Shown piece by piece: positions 51,197-61,913 of a stretch of 64,000 bases of DNA. Positions within the stretch are counted from its first letter, which is position 1. Every line of letters starts with the position of its first letter. The DNA lies in contig DIZB01000030.1 of the NCBI GenBank assembly GCA_002427805.1, positions 804-64,803 of the forward strand, given 5' to 3'. The notes beneath the pieces were generated by a model. That model saw only the letters and a list, made by a program, of their open reading frames with translations, searched no databases and was not told the DNA's origin. A program made the translations under genes and the position numbers. This stretch comes from Candidatus Saccharibacteria bacterium UBA6039. GTDB taxonomy: Bacteria; Patescibacteriota; Saccharimonadia; Saccharimonadales; Saccharimonadaceae.

Positions 51197-53059
51197 ATGG
51201 CAACCAAATTACCCGTGCCCAACAAAAAACCGACTAATCTTCTAAGACTCAGTTTATTCTGGGTGATTTTAGTATTTATTATCATTGCAATCGTTGCAGT
51301 TGCAACGCCGCGAGATGCACTAAAAACTGTCTCGATTTCGGATGTGATTGCACGCGCAAATGCTGGCGAAATCACAAAACTTGAGATTACAGGAACAGAT
51401 GTTAAGGTGACGCCCAAAGGCAGTGATAAGCCAACTGAAGACTCAACCAAGGAGGCCTCAAGTAGTATTTATGACCAAGGTCTTAACAAAGACGCCAAGG
51501 TAGAGGTCAAGATTACATCGCCATCAACCACTGGTGACACTGTTTGGAACCTGGCGATTATCATCATCCCAGTGCTTCTTATTGCTGGATTTTTCATGTT
51601 TATGATGCGCCAAGCACAAGGCCAAAATAACCAAGCCCTTGGTTTTGGCAAGTCAAAAGCAAAGCTATATGGCCTTGATAAAACAAAGGTCCTTTTCGAT
51701 GATATTGCTGGCAATGAATCTGCCAAGCAAGACCTCGAAGAAGTGGTTGATTTCCTGAAGCATCCGAAGAAGTATGAAGCACTTGGAGCGAAGATTCCTA
51801 AGGGAGTCCTGCTCGTCGGTAACCCAGGCACAGGTAAAACGATGCTTGCTCGTGCAGTTGCAGGTGAGGCAAATGTGCCATTCTTCTCGATTTCTGGTTC
51901 CGAATTCGTTGAAATGTTTGTCGGTGTTGGAGCAAGTCGCGTACGTGACTTATTCGCAAAGGCAAAGAAAAATGCGCCAGCGATTATCTTTATTGATGAG
52001 ATTGATGCCGTTGGTCGTAAGCGTGGGAGTGGTATGGGTGGTGGTCACGATGAACGTGAGCAGACCCTCAATCAGATTTTAGTTGAGATGGATGGTTTTG
52101 AAACAGGAGCTAACGTTATTGTGCTTGCTGCTACCAACCGTGCGGATGTACTTGATCCAGCCCTCCTTCGTCCGGGACGTTTCGACCGTCGGACAAACAT
52201 TATGCTTCCAGAGCGTAAAGACCGCGAAGCAATCCTCAAGGTACACTTCAAGAAAAAACCAATTGACGACACGGTTAATCTCGATGCACTAGCTGCAAAA
52301 ACTGCTGGCTCATCTGGTGCTGATCTTGCTAACATGGCGAACGAAGCGGCTATTGTGGCAGCTCGTCGTAATGCCAAGAAGATTACAGATAAAGACTTAA
52401 CTGAAGCCTTTGAAAAAGTTGCGATTGGTCCAGAACGTAAGAGCATGATCATGAGCCAGAAAGACAAAGAGACAACTGCCTATCACGAGGCTGGGCATGC
52501 ACTTGTTGGGCATCTGCTCCCCGATAGCGATCCTGTTCATAAGGTAACCATTATTCCACGCGGTGGTACTGGCGGCGTGACATGGTTCTTGCCTCCTGAA
52601 GATACGACATACACGAATATCTATGAGTTTAAGGATATCTTGGCACGTGCCATGGGCGGCCGTGTAGCTGAGAAGATCGTCTATGGTGCTGATGGTATTA
52701 CGACAGGTGCAGGCTCTGACCTTCGTAAGGCAACCGAAATTGCCCGCGACATGATTATTGAACAGGGAATGGGAACCAAGCTACGTGATCAAGTCTTCCA
52801 TGATGATAACGGCGGCATGGTGTTCGACAAGATGACGCATGAACGTCCATATAGTGACGACACCGCAAAAGAGATTGACCTCGAGGTCGCAGGGCTTGTG
52901 AAGGAAGCGTCTAAGCGTGCTGAGGTTGTTCTGACGCACAACCGCAAGAGCCTTGATATTCTCGCAAAAGCACTGCTTGAAGAAGAAACCCTCGATGAAA
53001 CTCGCGTACTTGCACTCCTAAAGGGAGCTATACTTCCCAAGGAGGCCCTGCTTTACTAG
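51197..53059 (+). CDS. ftsH: ATP-dependent zinc metalloprotease FtsH
   Basis: Two TM helices. AAA motifs are [18 protein letters not shown] and [11 protein letters not shown], with the SRH region. The zinc site is HEAGHALVG. Confidence 0.97.
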   Translation: MATKLPVPNKKPTNLLRLSLFWVILVFIIIAIVAVATPRDALKTVSISDVIARANAGEITKLEITGTDVKVTPKGSDKPTEDSTKEASSSIYDQGLNKDAKVEVKITSPSTTGDTVWNLAIIIIPVLLIAGFFMFMMRQAQGQNNQALGFGKSKAKLYGLDKTKVLFDDIAGNESAKQDLEEVVDFLKHPKKYEALGAKIPKGVLLVGNPGTGKTMLARAVAGEANVPFFSISGSEFVEMFVGVGASRVRDLFAKAKKNAPAIIFIDEIDAVGRKRGSGMGGGHDEREQTLNQILVEMDGFETGANVIVLAATNRADVLDPALLRPGRFDRRTNIMLPERKDREAILKVHFKKKPIDDTVNLDALAAKTAGSSGADLANMANEAAIVAARRNAKKITDKDLTEAFEKVAIGPERKSMIMSQKDKETTAYHEAGHALVGHLLPDSDPVHKVTIIPRGGTGGVTWFLPPEDTTYTNIYEFKDILARAMGGRVAEKIVYGADGITTGAGSDLRKATEIARDMIIEQGMGTKLRDQVFHDDNGGMVFDKMTHERPYSDDTAKEIDLEVAGLVKEASKRAEVVLTHNRKSLDILAKALLEEETLDETRVLALLKGAILPKEALLY

Positions 53060-53077
53060 CACCGGCGCGCGACTACT

Positions 53078-54706
53078 ATGGGACGCATAAAAAGCACAGT
53101 TACCCGAGCAAATAAACGCCTTCCGCTACAACTAGCGGCAGGTCTACTGGCTGGTTCAACGCTCCTGTCTGGTGTGCTTGGGTTTATCCGTGATCGCCAG
53201 CTAAACGGACTCTATCTTCATACCTACCAAACAGGTATCGATGCCTATACGGTGGCATTTACGATTCCTGATTTCATGTTCTTTATTCTGGTGTCAGGCG
53301 CACTGAGTGTTACATTTATTCCGATCTTTAGTCAGCGATTATCATCCGGCAATAAGCGTTCAGCCTGGGAGCTTTCGACCAGTCTTGTAAACTTTATGGC
53401 GATTATTACGCTCATAGCCAGCGTCTTGATTATCATTTTTGCTGAGCCACTTGTTCACTACGTGGTTGGTCCAGGACTTGACGAGGCAAGTCGTGCGCTG
53501 GCGGTGAGTATGATGCGCGTTATCGCCATTAACCCATTCTTGTTTGCGGTAGCTACCGTGGTTGCGAGTATGCAACAGGCTATTGGTCGGTTTGCGTTCT
53601 TTGCACTCGCGCCAACAGTTTACAACATTGGTATCATCATTGGGACGCTGTTCTTTACCAACGGTATTAACATCTTTGGTTGGCAGGTATTTGAGGGAGG
53701 TATTATGGGAGTTGCCCTCGGTGTGGTCCTCGGATCCATTTTACAACTCATCGTGAGTAGTATCGGGCTGTTTGGCATTGGGTTTGATTATCGATTTAAG
53801 ATCTATTGGAAAAACAAAGGCTTTAGAAAAGTGTTGACCTTACTCCCTGCCAGGTCACTCGATCAGGGGATCGATTATGTGAATAGTATCGTTGAAACAA
53901 ACCTAGCATCTCGTCTGGTTGCCGGAAGCATTCGTGCCTACCAGCAGGCAACAACACTATCCTATGTACCAATTAACCTTATTGGCGTTGCTATTAGTAC
54001 TGCAGCCTTTCCTAAGATGGCAGAACGACTTGGGGAGGGCAGGCCAGATCTCTTTAAGACGGAGCTTCAGGCAGTTCTTCGAGTCATCATTTGGTTGGCA
54101 CTGCCAGCGACCGTGATTGCCTTTTTCGGACGAGGCTACCTCGTGAGCTTCCTCGTCAACGGTGGTGATACGGTGATTGCGAGTATCTTCGGCATCCTAG
54201 CTATCGCTATTTTGTTCCGCTCGATTTACCATATTTCAGCGCGAAGTTTTTATGCACAGCAAGACACTCGGACGCCGTTATTTGTCTCAATCTTCACGAT
54301 TGGGCTTAACATTACGCTGGCTGTATGGTTTACGCTCATTATGGGACTCGGTGTCTATGGGCTTGCCTGGGCAACGGCTATCGTATCAATTGTTGAAGTC
54401 GCTATTTTGTTTTACCTCATGTCAAAGCGTATCAAGGGTCTGTTTGACCTTCCCTTCCTTCGTGCGATTGCCAAGATGACGAGCGCTGCAGGGTTGATGA
54501 CGATTATTACGTACATCACAGTTCTTACATTTCCATTCAACGTGAGTGACCAGAGCCTGCTTGCGACTGTACCAAAGTTTGCGCTCGTCTCGATCATTAG
54601 TGGTGCAGCGTACTTCGTGTTTAGTTACATGATGAAGGTAGACGAAGTGCATCCAGTACTAAACCGTCTTCGTAAAATTCTGTTCTTTAGGGCGCGTCCA
54701 CAGTGA
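53078..54706 (+). CDS. murJ: lipid II flippase MurJ (MviN family)
   Basis: 542 aa with ~14 TM helices. The N-terminal block is AYTVAFTIPDFMFFILVSGALSVTFIPIFSQ, followed by the typical Arg-containing loops. Confidence 0.85.
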   Translation: MGRIKSTVTRANKRLPLQLAAGLLAGSTLLSGVLGFIRDRQLNGLYLHTYQTGIDAYTVAFTIPDFMFFILVSGALSVTFIPIFSQRLSSGNKRSAWELSTSLVNFMAIITLIASVLIIIFAEPLVHYVVGPGLDEASRALAVSMMRVIAINPFLFAVATVVASMQQAIGRFAFFALAPTVYNIGIIIGTLFFTNGINIFGWQVFEGGIMGVALGVVLGSILQLIVSSIGLFGIGFDYRFKIYWKNKGFRKVLTLLPARSLDQGIDYVNSIVETNLASRLVAGSIRAYQQATTLSYVPINLIGVAISTAAFPKMAERLGEGRPDLFKTELQAVLRVIIWLALPATVIAFFGRGYLVSFLVNGGDTVIASIFGILAIAILFRSIYHISARSFYAQQDTRTPLFVSIFTIGLNITLAVWFTLIMGLGVYGLAWATAIVSIVEVAILFYLMSKRIKGLFDLPFLRAIAKMTSAAGLMTIITYITVLTFPFNVSDQSLLATVPKFALVSIISGAAYFVFSYMMKVDEVHPVLNRLRKILFFRARPQ

Positions 54707-56481
54707 ACCAAGCTCGCATCCGTAACTTTTGTATTATTGCGCACATCGATCATGGTAAATCGACGCTCGCTGATCGCATGCTAGAGCTGACTGGCACTGT
54801 TCAAAAACGCGACATGAAGGCTCAACTGCTTGACAGTATGGATCTGGAACGCGAAAAAGGCATTACGATTAAACTTGCTCCTGTGCGCATGAGTTATAAA
54901 GACCATGACCTCAACCTGATTGATACACCAGGGCACGTTGATTTCAGTTACGAAGTCAGTCGATCACTTGAAGCCTGCGAGGGCGCCATTCTTGTGGTTG
55001 ATGCTAGCCAGGGGATCCAGGCACAAACACTTGCTAACGTCTATTTAGCACTTGCGGCGAATCTCACTATTATTCCGGTGCTTAATAAAATAGATCTTCC
55101 CGCAGCAGATGTAGCTCGCGTCAGTCTTGAAGTGATTAATCTTCTTGGGTGTACAGAAGACGATATTTTAAAGATCAGCGCCAAGACAGGTGAGGGCGTT
55201 CTCGACGTTCTTGATGCAGTTGTTGAGCGTGTTGCACCGCCACGTGGCAGTGAAACCGAAGCAACCAGGGCACTTATTTTTGATAGTTACTACGATGATT
55301 ATAGGGGAGTTATCTTATATACACGCCTTGTTGACGGATCCATTAAAAAAGGTGACACAATTGAAATGATGGCGACAGGTGCGAGTGGGCTTGCGCTTGA
55401 AGTTGGGTCGCTCAGTCCTTCAATGCAAGCGGGTAGCGAGCTCACGACAGGCGAAATTGGCTACGTCGTCACCAACCTGCGTACAACGCGTGATGCACGC
55501 GTGGGAGATACCGTTACAACCAAACGATCACATACTGACTCGCAGCTTCCTGGCTATAAACTCGTGAAACCATTTGTGTATGCCGGATTCTTTCCAGTGA
55601 GTAATGATGACTATCAAGATCTTAAAGATGCAATTGAAAAACTAAGTTTGAGCGATTCAGCGCTTCAGTTTGAGCCTGAGAATTCACCAGTCCTTGGCTT
55701 TGGTGTGCGCATCGGCTTTTTGGGGCTACTACATATGGATATCATTCGCGAGCGACTTGAGCGTGAGTATAACCTTGATCTTGTGGTCACCAATCCGTCG
55801 ACCGACTACCAAGTGCATCTAACGACTGGCGATGAGCTCGATATTAAGAGTGCGAGCGAATTACCAGACGTGACGAAAATAAAAGAAATCCGTGAGCCGT
55901 GGATTAAGGGCGAAATTATTGTTCCTCAAACCTATATTGGTGCCGTGATCCAACTCATTATCAATAAGCGTGGCCTGCAAAGTAACCTAAGCTACATCGA
56001 TGAGCGAGCACTGATTAGTTTTGAAGCGCCACTCGCCAATCTTTTAACAGATTTTTACGATCAGCTAAAATCTGTTACCAGCGGCTACGGGTCATTTAAT
56101 TATGAGCTTGATACCTACCGTCCAGAGGACCTTGTACGCATTGATTTCTACGTTGCTGGCGGTATGATTGATGCGCTGAGCGTGATGGCACACCGTAGTG
56201 AGAGTCAGCGACTTGGGCGTGAAATCGTCGATAAACTAAAAGACGTGATTCCTCGGCAAAACTTCCAAGTTGCCATTCAGGCGGCTATTGGTGGTAAGTT
56301 TATAGCTCGTGCGGATGTGTCGGCCTACCGTAAAGACGTAACGACTGGGCTATACGGTGGTGATGTGACTCGTAAGAAAAAAGTGCTTGCTAAACAGGCA
56401 AAAGGTAAAAAGCGTATGAAACGTTTTGGTAAAGTTGATATTCCGTCTGAAGCATTTACTGTCATGCTCAAAAGAGATTAA
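54703..56481 (+). CDS. lepA: elongation factor 4 (LepA)
   Basis: IRNFCIIAHIDHGKSTLADR, LIDTPGHVDF and NKIDLP are the GTPase boxes. The LepA-specific C-terminus includes ..KKVLAKQAKGKKRMKRFGKVDIPSEAF. GTG start overlaps the murJ stop. Confidence 0.97.
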   Translation: MNQARIRNFCIIAHIDHGKSTLADRMLELTGTVQKRDMKAQLLDSMDLEREKGITIKLAPVRMSYKDHDLNLIDTPGHVDFSYEVSRSLEACEGAILVVDASQGIQAQTLANVYLALAANLTIIPVLNKIDLPAADVARVSLEVINLLGCTEDDILKISAKTGEGVLDVLDAVVERVAPPRGSETEATRALIFDSYYDDYRGVILYTRLVDGSIKKGDTIEMMATGASGLALEVGSLSPSMQAGSELTTGEIGYVVTNLRTTRDARVGDTVTTKRSHTDSQLPGYKLVKPFVYAGFFPVSNDDYQDLKDAIEKLSLSDSALQFEPENSPVLGFGVRIGFLGLLHMDIIRERLEREYNLDLVVTNPSTDYQVHLTTGDELDIKSASELPDVTKIKEIREPWIKGEIIVPQTYIGAVIQLIINKRGLQSNLSYIDERALISFEAPLANLLTDFYDQLKSVTSGYGSFNYELDTYRPEDLVRIDFYVAGGMIDALSVMAHRSESQRLGREIVDKLKDVIPRQNFQVAIQAAIGGKFIARADVSAYRKDVTTGLYGGDVTRKKKVLAKQAKGKKRMKRFGKVDIPSEAFTVMLKRD

Positions 56482-56483
56482 GT

Positions 56484-57536
56484 CTATATTGTCTGACGCC
56501 TAGCGACATCTGAGATAATGCGGGCACGAGGATCAAGTGCAACAGGATCAGCCACGCGGTGTACCCAGGCTGCAGGCTGTACCTGTTCAGGACGGCTGCG
56601 ACGAGGCTTTACGTCCATAACTGGACCTTTGGTGAACGGTGAGGTGACGACGCTCTGAGGCTCTGTAAACGTTGGGAGCGGCTCAAAGAGACTAGGCGTT
56701 GGTGCGGGTTCGTCAACGAAGTCTTCATATGATATTGCTTCAAGTGCTAAGCTCGAAGACGGAATGGCCGATACGACATTGCGTTTTCGTTCGAGCACTC
56801 GCTCAATTCGCCGAGCACGTGCATGCTGAGCAAGGACGACAACAATTGATACATTGTAAAGAACAACAATTGGAGCAGCGATAAACAAACTCGTTGTCGC
56901 GTCAAAGGCGAATGGTACAACGAGGGCGATAACGAGGCTACCAAGTATCACCCATTTCTCCATCTTGAATAGCTTCTGTGGCTTGAGCGGCTTCACTTTA
57001 TCGATAAACGATATAAGCAGAGGCAGCTGGAAGACGATAATGAAGGTGATAATAACGTTTGTAACAAAGTTAAGGTAGCTATCGGCACTAATGAGTGCAC
57101 TGAGGCCACTTTGCCCAAAACCTGCAAAGAAATGAAGAGATCCTGGAACGATGAGGAAGAATGCGAAGGCTGCGCCAGCAAATGCAAGGACTGAAGAGGC
57201 AAGTGTCATAAGGACAACTCGCCTCTTAGGAAGAGCCGCCTCAAAGGCAGGACGTACGAACATAATAAGGTTATAAATAAGGACAGGGATACTAATTGCG
57301 AGCGCCCCCATGAAACAAATCTTCATCACGAAAGCAAAGCTACCACCAGGGGTGGTGTAGTAAAGTGGGGTTCCAAGAGGCGAGCGGAGAAACTCTAAAA
57401 TGGGGCCGTAGAAGTTATAGACCCCAATGCCCACCACTAAAAGAACAACAACGGAAACAAGAAGACGCTTCTGCAGTTCTTTCACGTGATCAATTAGTTT
57501 TGTCGCTTGAGGCGACTGTTTCTTTGATCGCTTCAC
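56484..57536 (-). CDS. tatC: twin-arginine translocase subunit TatC with a ~100-aa C-terminal extension
   Basis: The N-terminus is HVKELQKRLLVSVVVLLV, followed by six TM helices in the TatC arrangement. After about residue 250 comes a non-membrane Pro/Ser/Val-rich tail (..EPAPTPSLFEPLPTFTEPQSVVTSP..). Confidence 0.85.
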   Translation of the reverse strand: MKRSKKQSPQATKLIDHVKELQKRLLVSVVVLLVVGIGVYNFYGPILEFLRSPLGTPLYYTTPGGSFAFVMKICFMGALAISIPVLIYNLIMFVRPAFEAALPKRRVVLMTLASSVLAFAGAAFAFFLIVPGSLHFFAGFGQSGLSALISADSYLNFVTNVIITFIIVFQLPLLISFIDKVKPLKPQKLFKMEKWVILGSLVIALVVPFAFDATTSLFIAAPIVVLYNVSIVVVLAQHARARRIERVLERKRNVVSAIPSSSLALEAISYEDFVDEPAPTPSLFEPLPTFTEPQSVVTSPFTKGPVMDVKPRRSRPEQVQPAAWVHRVADPVALDPRARIISDVARRQTI

Positions 57537-57553
57537 CCGTATCTACACCCTAG

Positions 57554-57748
57554 TTAAGATTTTTTTGCTGTCTTTTTTGCTGGTTTCGCCTCAGCAACTG
57601 GCTCTTCGTCTCCACGAAAACCTTTTTTCAGCTCGTTAGCTGACTGACCAATACCACGTGCTAATTCTGGAAGCTTTTTTGCTCCAACAAACAGTAGTAC
57701 AATCACCAATACAATGAGCCCAATGATCTCTAGCTTACCTAATCCCAT
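57554..57748 (-). CDS. tatA: twin-arginine translocase subunit TatA/E
   Basis: MGLGKLEIIGLIVLVIVLLFVGAKKLPELARGIGQSANELKKGF is the canonical TatA N-terminus. GAGGGAG lies 5 nt before ATG 57748 (the track start at 57793 adds 15 unlikely residues). Confidence 0.85.
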   Translation of the reverse strand: MGLGKLEIIGLIVLVIVLLFVGAKKLPELARGIGQSANELKKGFRGDEEPVAEAKPAKKTAKKS

Positions 57749-57873
57749 ATACTCCCTCTTTCTCGCAGTTATACTATCTATAAATATAAGCAAAATACAC
57801 TCCTTTTACAAGTGCAATCTAAGATGATACCGCCATGCTTTTGTAATACGTGCAAAATGGTATAATGATGGAA

Positions 57874-58593
57874 ATGTCGAAGCCAATGAAACAACTTGTA
57901 GAAGACTATACGCCAGACCAAGCTGGCATCGAAACTGTTCGTGCAACACGTATCGTAATGCTTTGTGGGATTATTTCGGCCGGAAAAGGTGCGCTACATT
58001 CAAAGCTTCTGGAATCTTCTCTGTATCACTTGATCACAAGTAATACAACGCGGTTACCACGAGAGAACAATGGCATTATGGAACGAAATGGTATCGAATA
58101 CTATTTCACTAGCCAAGATGACATGCGTGAACTAATAGAAAATCACAAAATGGTTGAAGTGAACCAATTTGGTGAGAATATCTATGGTACGAGTGTTGAA
58201 GAATTTAAAAAAGTAGCAAATCAGCATAAAACTGCTCTCGGCGACATCGATATTAATGGTTTGATTAACCTTCGTCGTATTGCAGACGATAGTATTACGG
58301 CGATATTTATTGTTCCACCTGATTATGCAACATGGCGGAGTCGTTTTGTGAATCGTTACGGGTCGAGTGAGGCAATCGAGAAGGAATGGGCCTATCGTAG
58401 AGACATCACGATTGATGAACTTGAACGTGCGCTCGCTATTCCTTATTTACATTTTCTGATTAACGATGAGATTGATCGTGCCGCTAAGGCGATTGATAAG
58501 CTTGCACGCCACGAAAAAGATGAACCAAGTAGTGGCGATGAGCGCGCACGAGAGGTTGCTTTGCATCTGCTTGAAGAAATCAAAGCATCTTAG
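57874..58593 (+). CDS. gmk: guanylate kinase-like protein with an N-terminal extension
   Basis: The P-loop-like segment is MLCGIISAGKG. SNTTRLPRENNGIMERNGIEYYFTS and ENIYGTS match the Gmk blocks (S-TTR-PR--E--G-Y-F; YGT). ATG 57874 lies 7 nt after TATAAT (57861-57866). Confidence 0.7.
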   Translation: MSKPMKQLVEDYTPDQAGIETVRATRIVMLCGIISAGKGALHSKLLESSLYHLITSNTTRLPRENNGIMERNGIEYYFTSQDDMRELIENHKMVEVNQFGENIYGTSVEEFKKVANQHKTALGDIDINGLINLRRIADDSITAIFIVPPDYATWRSRFVNRYGSSEAIEKEWAYRRDITIDELERALAIPYLHFLINDEIDRAAKAIDKLARHEKDEPSSGDERAREVALHLLEEIKAS

Positions 58594-58616
58594 CACTCAT
58601 TGACATCGAGTGCCAA
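58590..58616 (+). promoter_or_regulatory. CIRCE operator 1 (TTAGCACTC-N9-GAGTGCCAA) with an embedded -35
   Basis: Matches the CIRCE consensus TTAGCACTC-N9-GAGTGCTAA at 17/18 positions. The spacer contains TTGACA (58600-58605), which pairs with TACAAT (58624-58629). It overlaps the gmk stop codon. Confidence 0.85.
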
Positions 58617-58635
58617 AACGGGCTACAATAAGCAC

Positions 58636-59349
58636 ATGACAGACCGTCAAATGCAAATATTGGCCGCTATTATTGAGCAACACGCAGAAATTGCTGCACC
58701 TGTTGGTAGTGTGATGCTTGCCAAGCTTTTTGGGGTTTCGAGTGCAACGATTCGTAGCGAAATGGCACGACTTGAGGAGATGGGTTTGATTGCACAGCCA
58801 CACACCAGTGCTGGCCGTGTTCCTACCGACGCAGGCTACCGCCTGTACGTGAATACGCTTAATGAAGCTCACGCCAATGAACCACAAAGCTTACTACTTG
58901 ATCGCAGTGCGAGAGCGATTGAGGCACGTGTTGGCAATCAAACCGATAGAGCTGATCGAGCAATTCGTAGCGCTGTCGATAGCTTAGTTGATTTGACACA
59001 TAACCTTGGTCTTGCAACGATTGGCGACGAACTCTACCTAAGCGGTATTGGAAACTTATTTTCTCAACCTGAGTTTGCTGGTACTGACCACGCACAAGCC
59101 GTCGCACGGCTGCTTGATAACCTTGAGCCATGGCTCCGTGAAGCTGCACCGAATGAACCATTGAATGTCTATATTGGTGCCGAGAACCCGATTGGTAAAA
59201 GTAGTGGCGCAAGTCTTATTATTAGTCGGTTCCGTTCACCATATAGTGACCGTAGCTACATTGGCGTGCTTGGCTCAACCCGCCAAAGCTATGCCAAGGT
59301 CATGAAGCTTGTACGTCACGCCGGAGCAATGTTAGAGGAGGTATTATAA
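58636..59349 (+). CDS. hrcA: heat-inducible transcription repressor HrcA, short (237-aa) form
   Basis: The wHTH is RQMQILAAIIEQHAEIAAPVGSVMLAKLFGVSSATIRSEMARLEEMGLIAQPHTSAGRVPTDAGYRLYV. It lies directly upstream of grpE-dnaK behind a CIRCE site. ATG 58636 is 6 nt after the -10. Confidence 0.8.
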   Translation: MTDRQMQILAAIIEQHAEIAAPVGSVMLAKLFGVSSATIRSEMARLEEMGLIAQPHTSAGRVPTDAGYRLYVNTLNEAHANEPQSLLLDRSARAIEARVGNQTDRADRAIRSAVDSLVDLTHNLGLATIGDELYLSGIGNLFSQPEFAGTDHAQAVARLLDNLEPWLREAAPNEPLNVYIGAENPIGKSSGASLIISRFRSPYSDRSYIGVLGSTRQSYAKVMKLVRHAGAMLEEVL

Positions 59350-59350
59350 T

Positions 59351-59824
59351 ATGGCAGATAAACCAAAGACCAAAAAAGAGCTTGAATTTGAAGCAGCAGT
59401 TGCAGAGGTAACAAATGATCTGCAGCGTAACCGTGCAGATTTCGAAAATTATCGCAAAAGAGTAGAAGCTGAAAAAAATGCAGCACGCGAGTCGGGTCAG
59501 ACAAGCGCAATTTTAAAATTACTTCCGGTTATTGATAATATTGAGCGTGCCATCGCCTACATGCCTGAAGATCTTAAAGATAATACGTGGGCACAAAGTG
59601 TCGTTGGGCTCGTGAAACACCTCGAAAAGTCACTTGAGGGCCTTAACTTAAAGCGTATTGATGCCACACCTGGTGTTGCATTTAACCCTGAACTTCACGA
59701 AGCGATCCAGTTTGACGAAGATGCAACAGGCGAACACGAGGTTATTGCCGAAGAGATGCAGGCAGGCTACACGCTAGGTGGTCATCCAATCCGACATGCC
59801 ATGGTAAAAGTGACCAAAAAGTAG
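59351..59824 (+). CDS. grpE: nucleotide exchange factor GrpE
   Basis: LQRNRADFENYRKRVEAE, LLPVIDNIERA and FNPELHEAI..GYTLGGHPIRHAMVKV. Confidence 0.9.
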   Translation: MADKPKTKKELEFEAAVAEVTNDLQRNRADFENYRKRVEAEKNAARESGQTSAILKLLPVIDNIERAIAYMPEDLKDNTWAQSVVGLVKHLEKSLEGLNLKRIDATPGVAFNPELHEAIQFDEDATGEHEVIAEEMQAGYTLGGHPIRHAMVKVTKK

Positions 59825-59849
59825 ACTTCCCTATTCCCGACAGGATTAA

Positions 59850-59876
59850 TTGGCACTCTTGACATGAGAGTGCCAG
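59850..59876 (+). promoter_or_regulatory. CIRCE operator 2 (TTGGCACTC-N9-GAGTGCCAG) with an embedded -35
   Basis: Inverted repeat read directly. The spacer TTGACA (59859-59864) plus a 17-nt gap plus TATACT (59882-59887) forms the dnaK promoter. Confidence 0.8.
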
Positions 59877-59894
59877 TTTTATATACTAAATATA

Positions 59895-59921
59895 TTGGCA
59901 ATCTAGTACTTAGAGTGCTAA
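59895..59921 (+). promoter_or_regulatory. CIRCE operator 3 (TTGGCAATC-N9-GAGTGCTAA) at the start of the dnaK leader
   Basis: Read directly. It begins 8 nt after the -10 hexamer. Confidence 0.7.
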
Positions 59922-59971
59922 AATAGATACAGAATCTTTGATATATTTAATACGGATAGGAGCAAAATAAT

Positions 59972-61867
59972 ATGGGTAGAATTATTGGAATTGACCTTGG
60001 AACAACAAACAGTGCCGTTGCCTACATGGTGGCGGGTAAACCAGAGATCATCGCAAACGCCGAAGGTAACCGTACGACACCAAGTGTTGTGGCTATCAAT
60101 AAGACAGGCGAACGTTTGGTAGGCCAAGTCGCGCAGCGTCAGCGTGTGACAAATGCCAAGAACACTATTTATGGTGTGAAGCGTTTGATTGGCCGTAAGT
60201 TTAGCGATCACGAAGTTCAAAAAGACATCGACATCGTCCCATACGAAATTGTGAAGAAAGGTGACGGCGTAGCAGTTCGTCTCGGTGACAAAGACTACTC
60301 TCCAGAGGAGATTAGCGCCTTTATCTTGAGTAAGATTAAGGCAGATGCTGAAGCTTTCTTAGGCGAAAAAGTCACTGAAGCAGTGATTACGGTTCCTGCT
60401 TACTTTGACGACTCTCAGCGCCAGGCAACGAAAGACGCTGGTAAAATTGCCGGACTTGAAGTAAAACGTATTATCAACGAGCCAACTGCAGCGGCCCTTG
60501 CCTACGGCCTCGATAGTAAGAAAGACGAAAAGATCGCTGTCTTCGACCTTGGTGGTGGAACGTTCGACGTGTCTGTTCTTGAACTTGGCGACGGCGTATT
60601 TGAAGTAAAGAGCACCAATGGTGACACACATCTTGGTGGCGAAGACTTCGACAACCGTATCGTTAATCACTTCCTTGATGTCTTTAAGCAAAACGAAGGG
60701 ATTGACCTGAAGGCTGATAAAGCAGCTCTTCAGCGCCTCAAAGACGAAGCCGAAAAAGCCAAGAAAGAGCTTTCAAGCACAAACGAAACAGAGATTAACT
60801 TGCCATTCCTGACAGCTGACGCTGATGGTCCAAAGCACTTCGAGTACAAACTAACTCGTTCAAAGCTTGAAGAGCTCGTTGCAGATCTTATTGATCGCGT
60901 AGCTGGTCCAGTTGAAAAGGCACTCAAAGACGCAGGTCTTAAAGCAAGTGAGATTGATGAGATCGTACTTGTTGGTGGTATGACTCGTATGCCAGCGGTT
61001 GTTGAAAAAGTAAAAGCACTGTTTGGCAAAGACCCACTCAAGGGTGTCAACCCAGACGAAGTTGTGGCAATTGGTGCTGCAATTCAAGGTGGAGTTCTTG
61101 CTGGTGATGTGAAAGACGTTCTTCTGCTTGATGTCACGCCACTATCACTCGGTATCGAAACGATGGGTGGTGTTGCAACTAAGCTTATCGAGCGTAATAC
61201 GACTGTCCCGACCTCTAAGAGCGAGACATTTAGCACTGCTGTTGATAATCAGCCTCAGGTTGAGATCCACGTGACCCAGGGTGAGCGTGAGCTTGCAGCT
61301 GACAACAAGTCACTCGGACGGTTCTCACTAGATGGTATTGCGCCAGCTCCTCGTGGCGTGCCACAAATTGAAGTAACGTTTAACATCGATGCCAACGGCA
61401 TCCTTAACGTGACTGCAAAAGATAAGGGAACTGGTAAAGAGCAGAGTATTACTATTTCAAATAGCGGTAACCTTTCGAAGGACGAAATTGAGAAGGCAGC
61501 AAAAGACGCTGAAGCACATGCAGATGAAGACAAGAAAAAGCGCGAAGCAATTGATGCTCGTAATGGCCTCGAGAGTGCAATCTACCAAGCAGAAAAAATG
61601 CCAGACGAATTCAAAGACAAGATTAGTGATGAAGATAAGAAAGTTATCACTGATGCTGTTGAAGAAGCGAAGAAGCATAAAGATAGTGAAGATAAGGATG
61701 AGCTAGAAGCTGCCGCAAAGGCCCTTAACGACGCCATTATGCCAATCGGCGCTAAGATGTACGAAGCCGCAGCCAAAGAGGAAGCACCTGCCTCTGAAGA
61801 CGGCGAAGCAAAAACTGACGAACCTGTTGAAGGTGAAGTCGTCGACGAAAAAGAAACCAAAAAGTAA
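59972..61867 (+). CDS. dnaK: molecular chaperone DnaK (Hsp70)
   Basis: [40 protein letters not shown] and the substrate-binding domain. TAGGAG SD upstream. Confidence 0.98.
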   Translation: MGRIIGIDLGTTNSAVAYMVAGKPEIIANAEGNRTTPSVVAINKTGERLVGQVAQRQRVTNAKNTIYGVKRLIGRKFSDHEVQKDIDIVPYEIVKKGDGVAVRLGDKDYSPEEISAFILSKIKADAEAFLGEKVTEAVITVPAYFDDSQRQATKDAGKIAGLEVKRIINEPTAAALAYGLDSKKDEKIAVFDLGGGTFDVSVLELGDGVFEVKSTNGDTHLGGEDFDNRIVNHFLDVFKQNEGIDLKADKAALQRLKDEAEKAKKELSSTNETEINLPFLTADADGPKHFEYKLTRSKLEELVADLIDRVAGPVEKALKDAGLKASEIDEIVLVGGMTRMPAVVEKVKALFGKDPLKGVNPDEVVAIGAAIQGGVLAGDVKDVLLLDVTPLSLGIETMGGVATKLIERNTTVPTSKSETFSTAVDNQPQVEIHVTQGERELAADNKSLGRFSLDGIAPAPRGVPQIEVTFNIDANGILNVTAKDKGTGKEQSITISNSGNLSKDEIEKAAKDAEAHADEDKKKREAIDARNGLESAIYQAEKMPDEFKDKISDEDKKVITDAVEEAKKHKDSEDKDELEAAAKALNDAIMPIGAKMYEAAAKEEAPASEDGEAKTDEPVEGEVVDEKETKK

Positions 61868-61882
61868 AACTTAAAACAACTA

Positions 61883-61913
61883 AATAAAGCCGGTTTTTCC
61901 GGCTTTATTTTTT
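61883..61913. terminator. bidirectional rho-independent terminator
   Basis: aataaagccgg-ttttt-ccggctttatt is followed by a T-run, with an A-run on the other side. It overlaps the stop of the convergent minus-strand gene. Confidence 0.85.

Noticed and set aside
51163-52467. Minus-strand ORFs inside ftsH (51163-51450, 51469-51831, 52072-52467)
   Set aside because: They are antisense to an unambiguous FtsH coding sequence.
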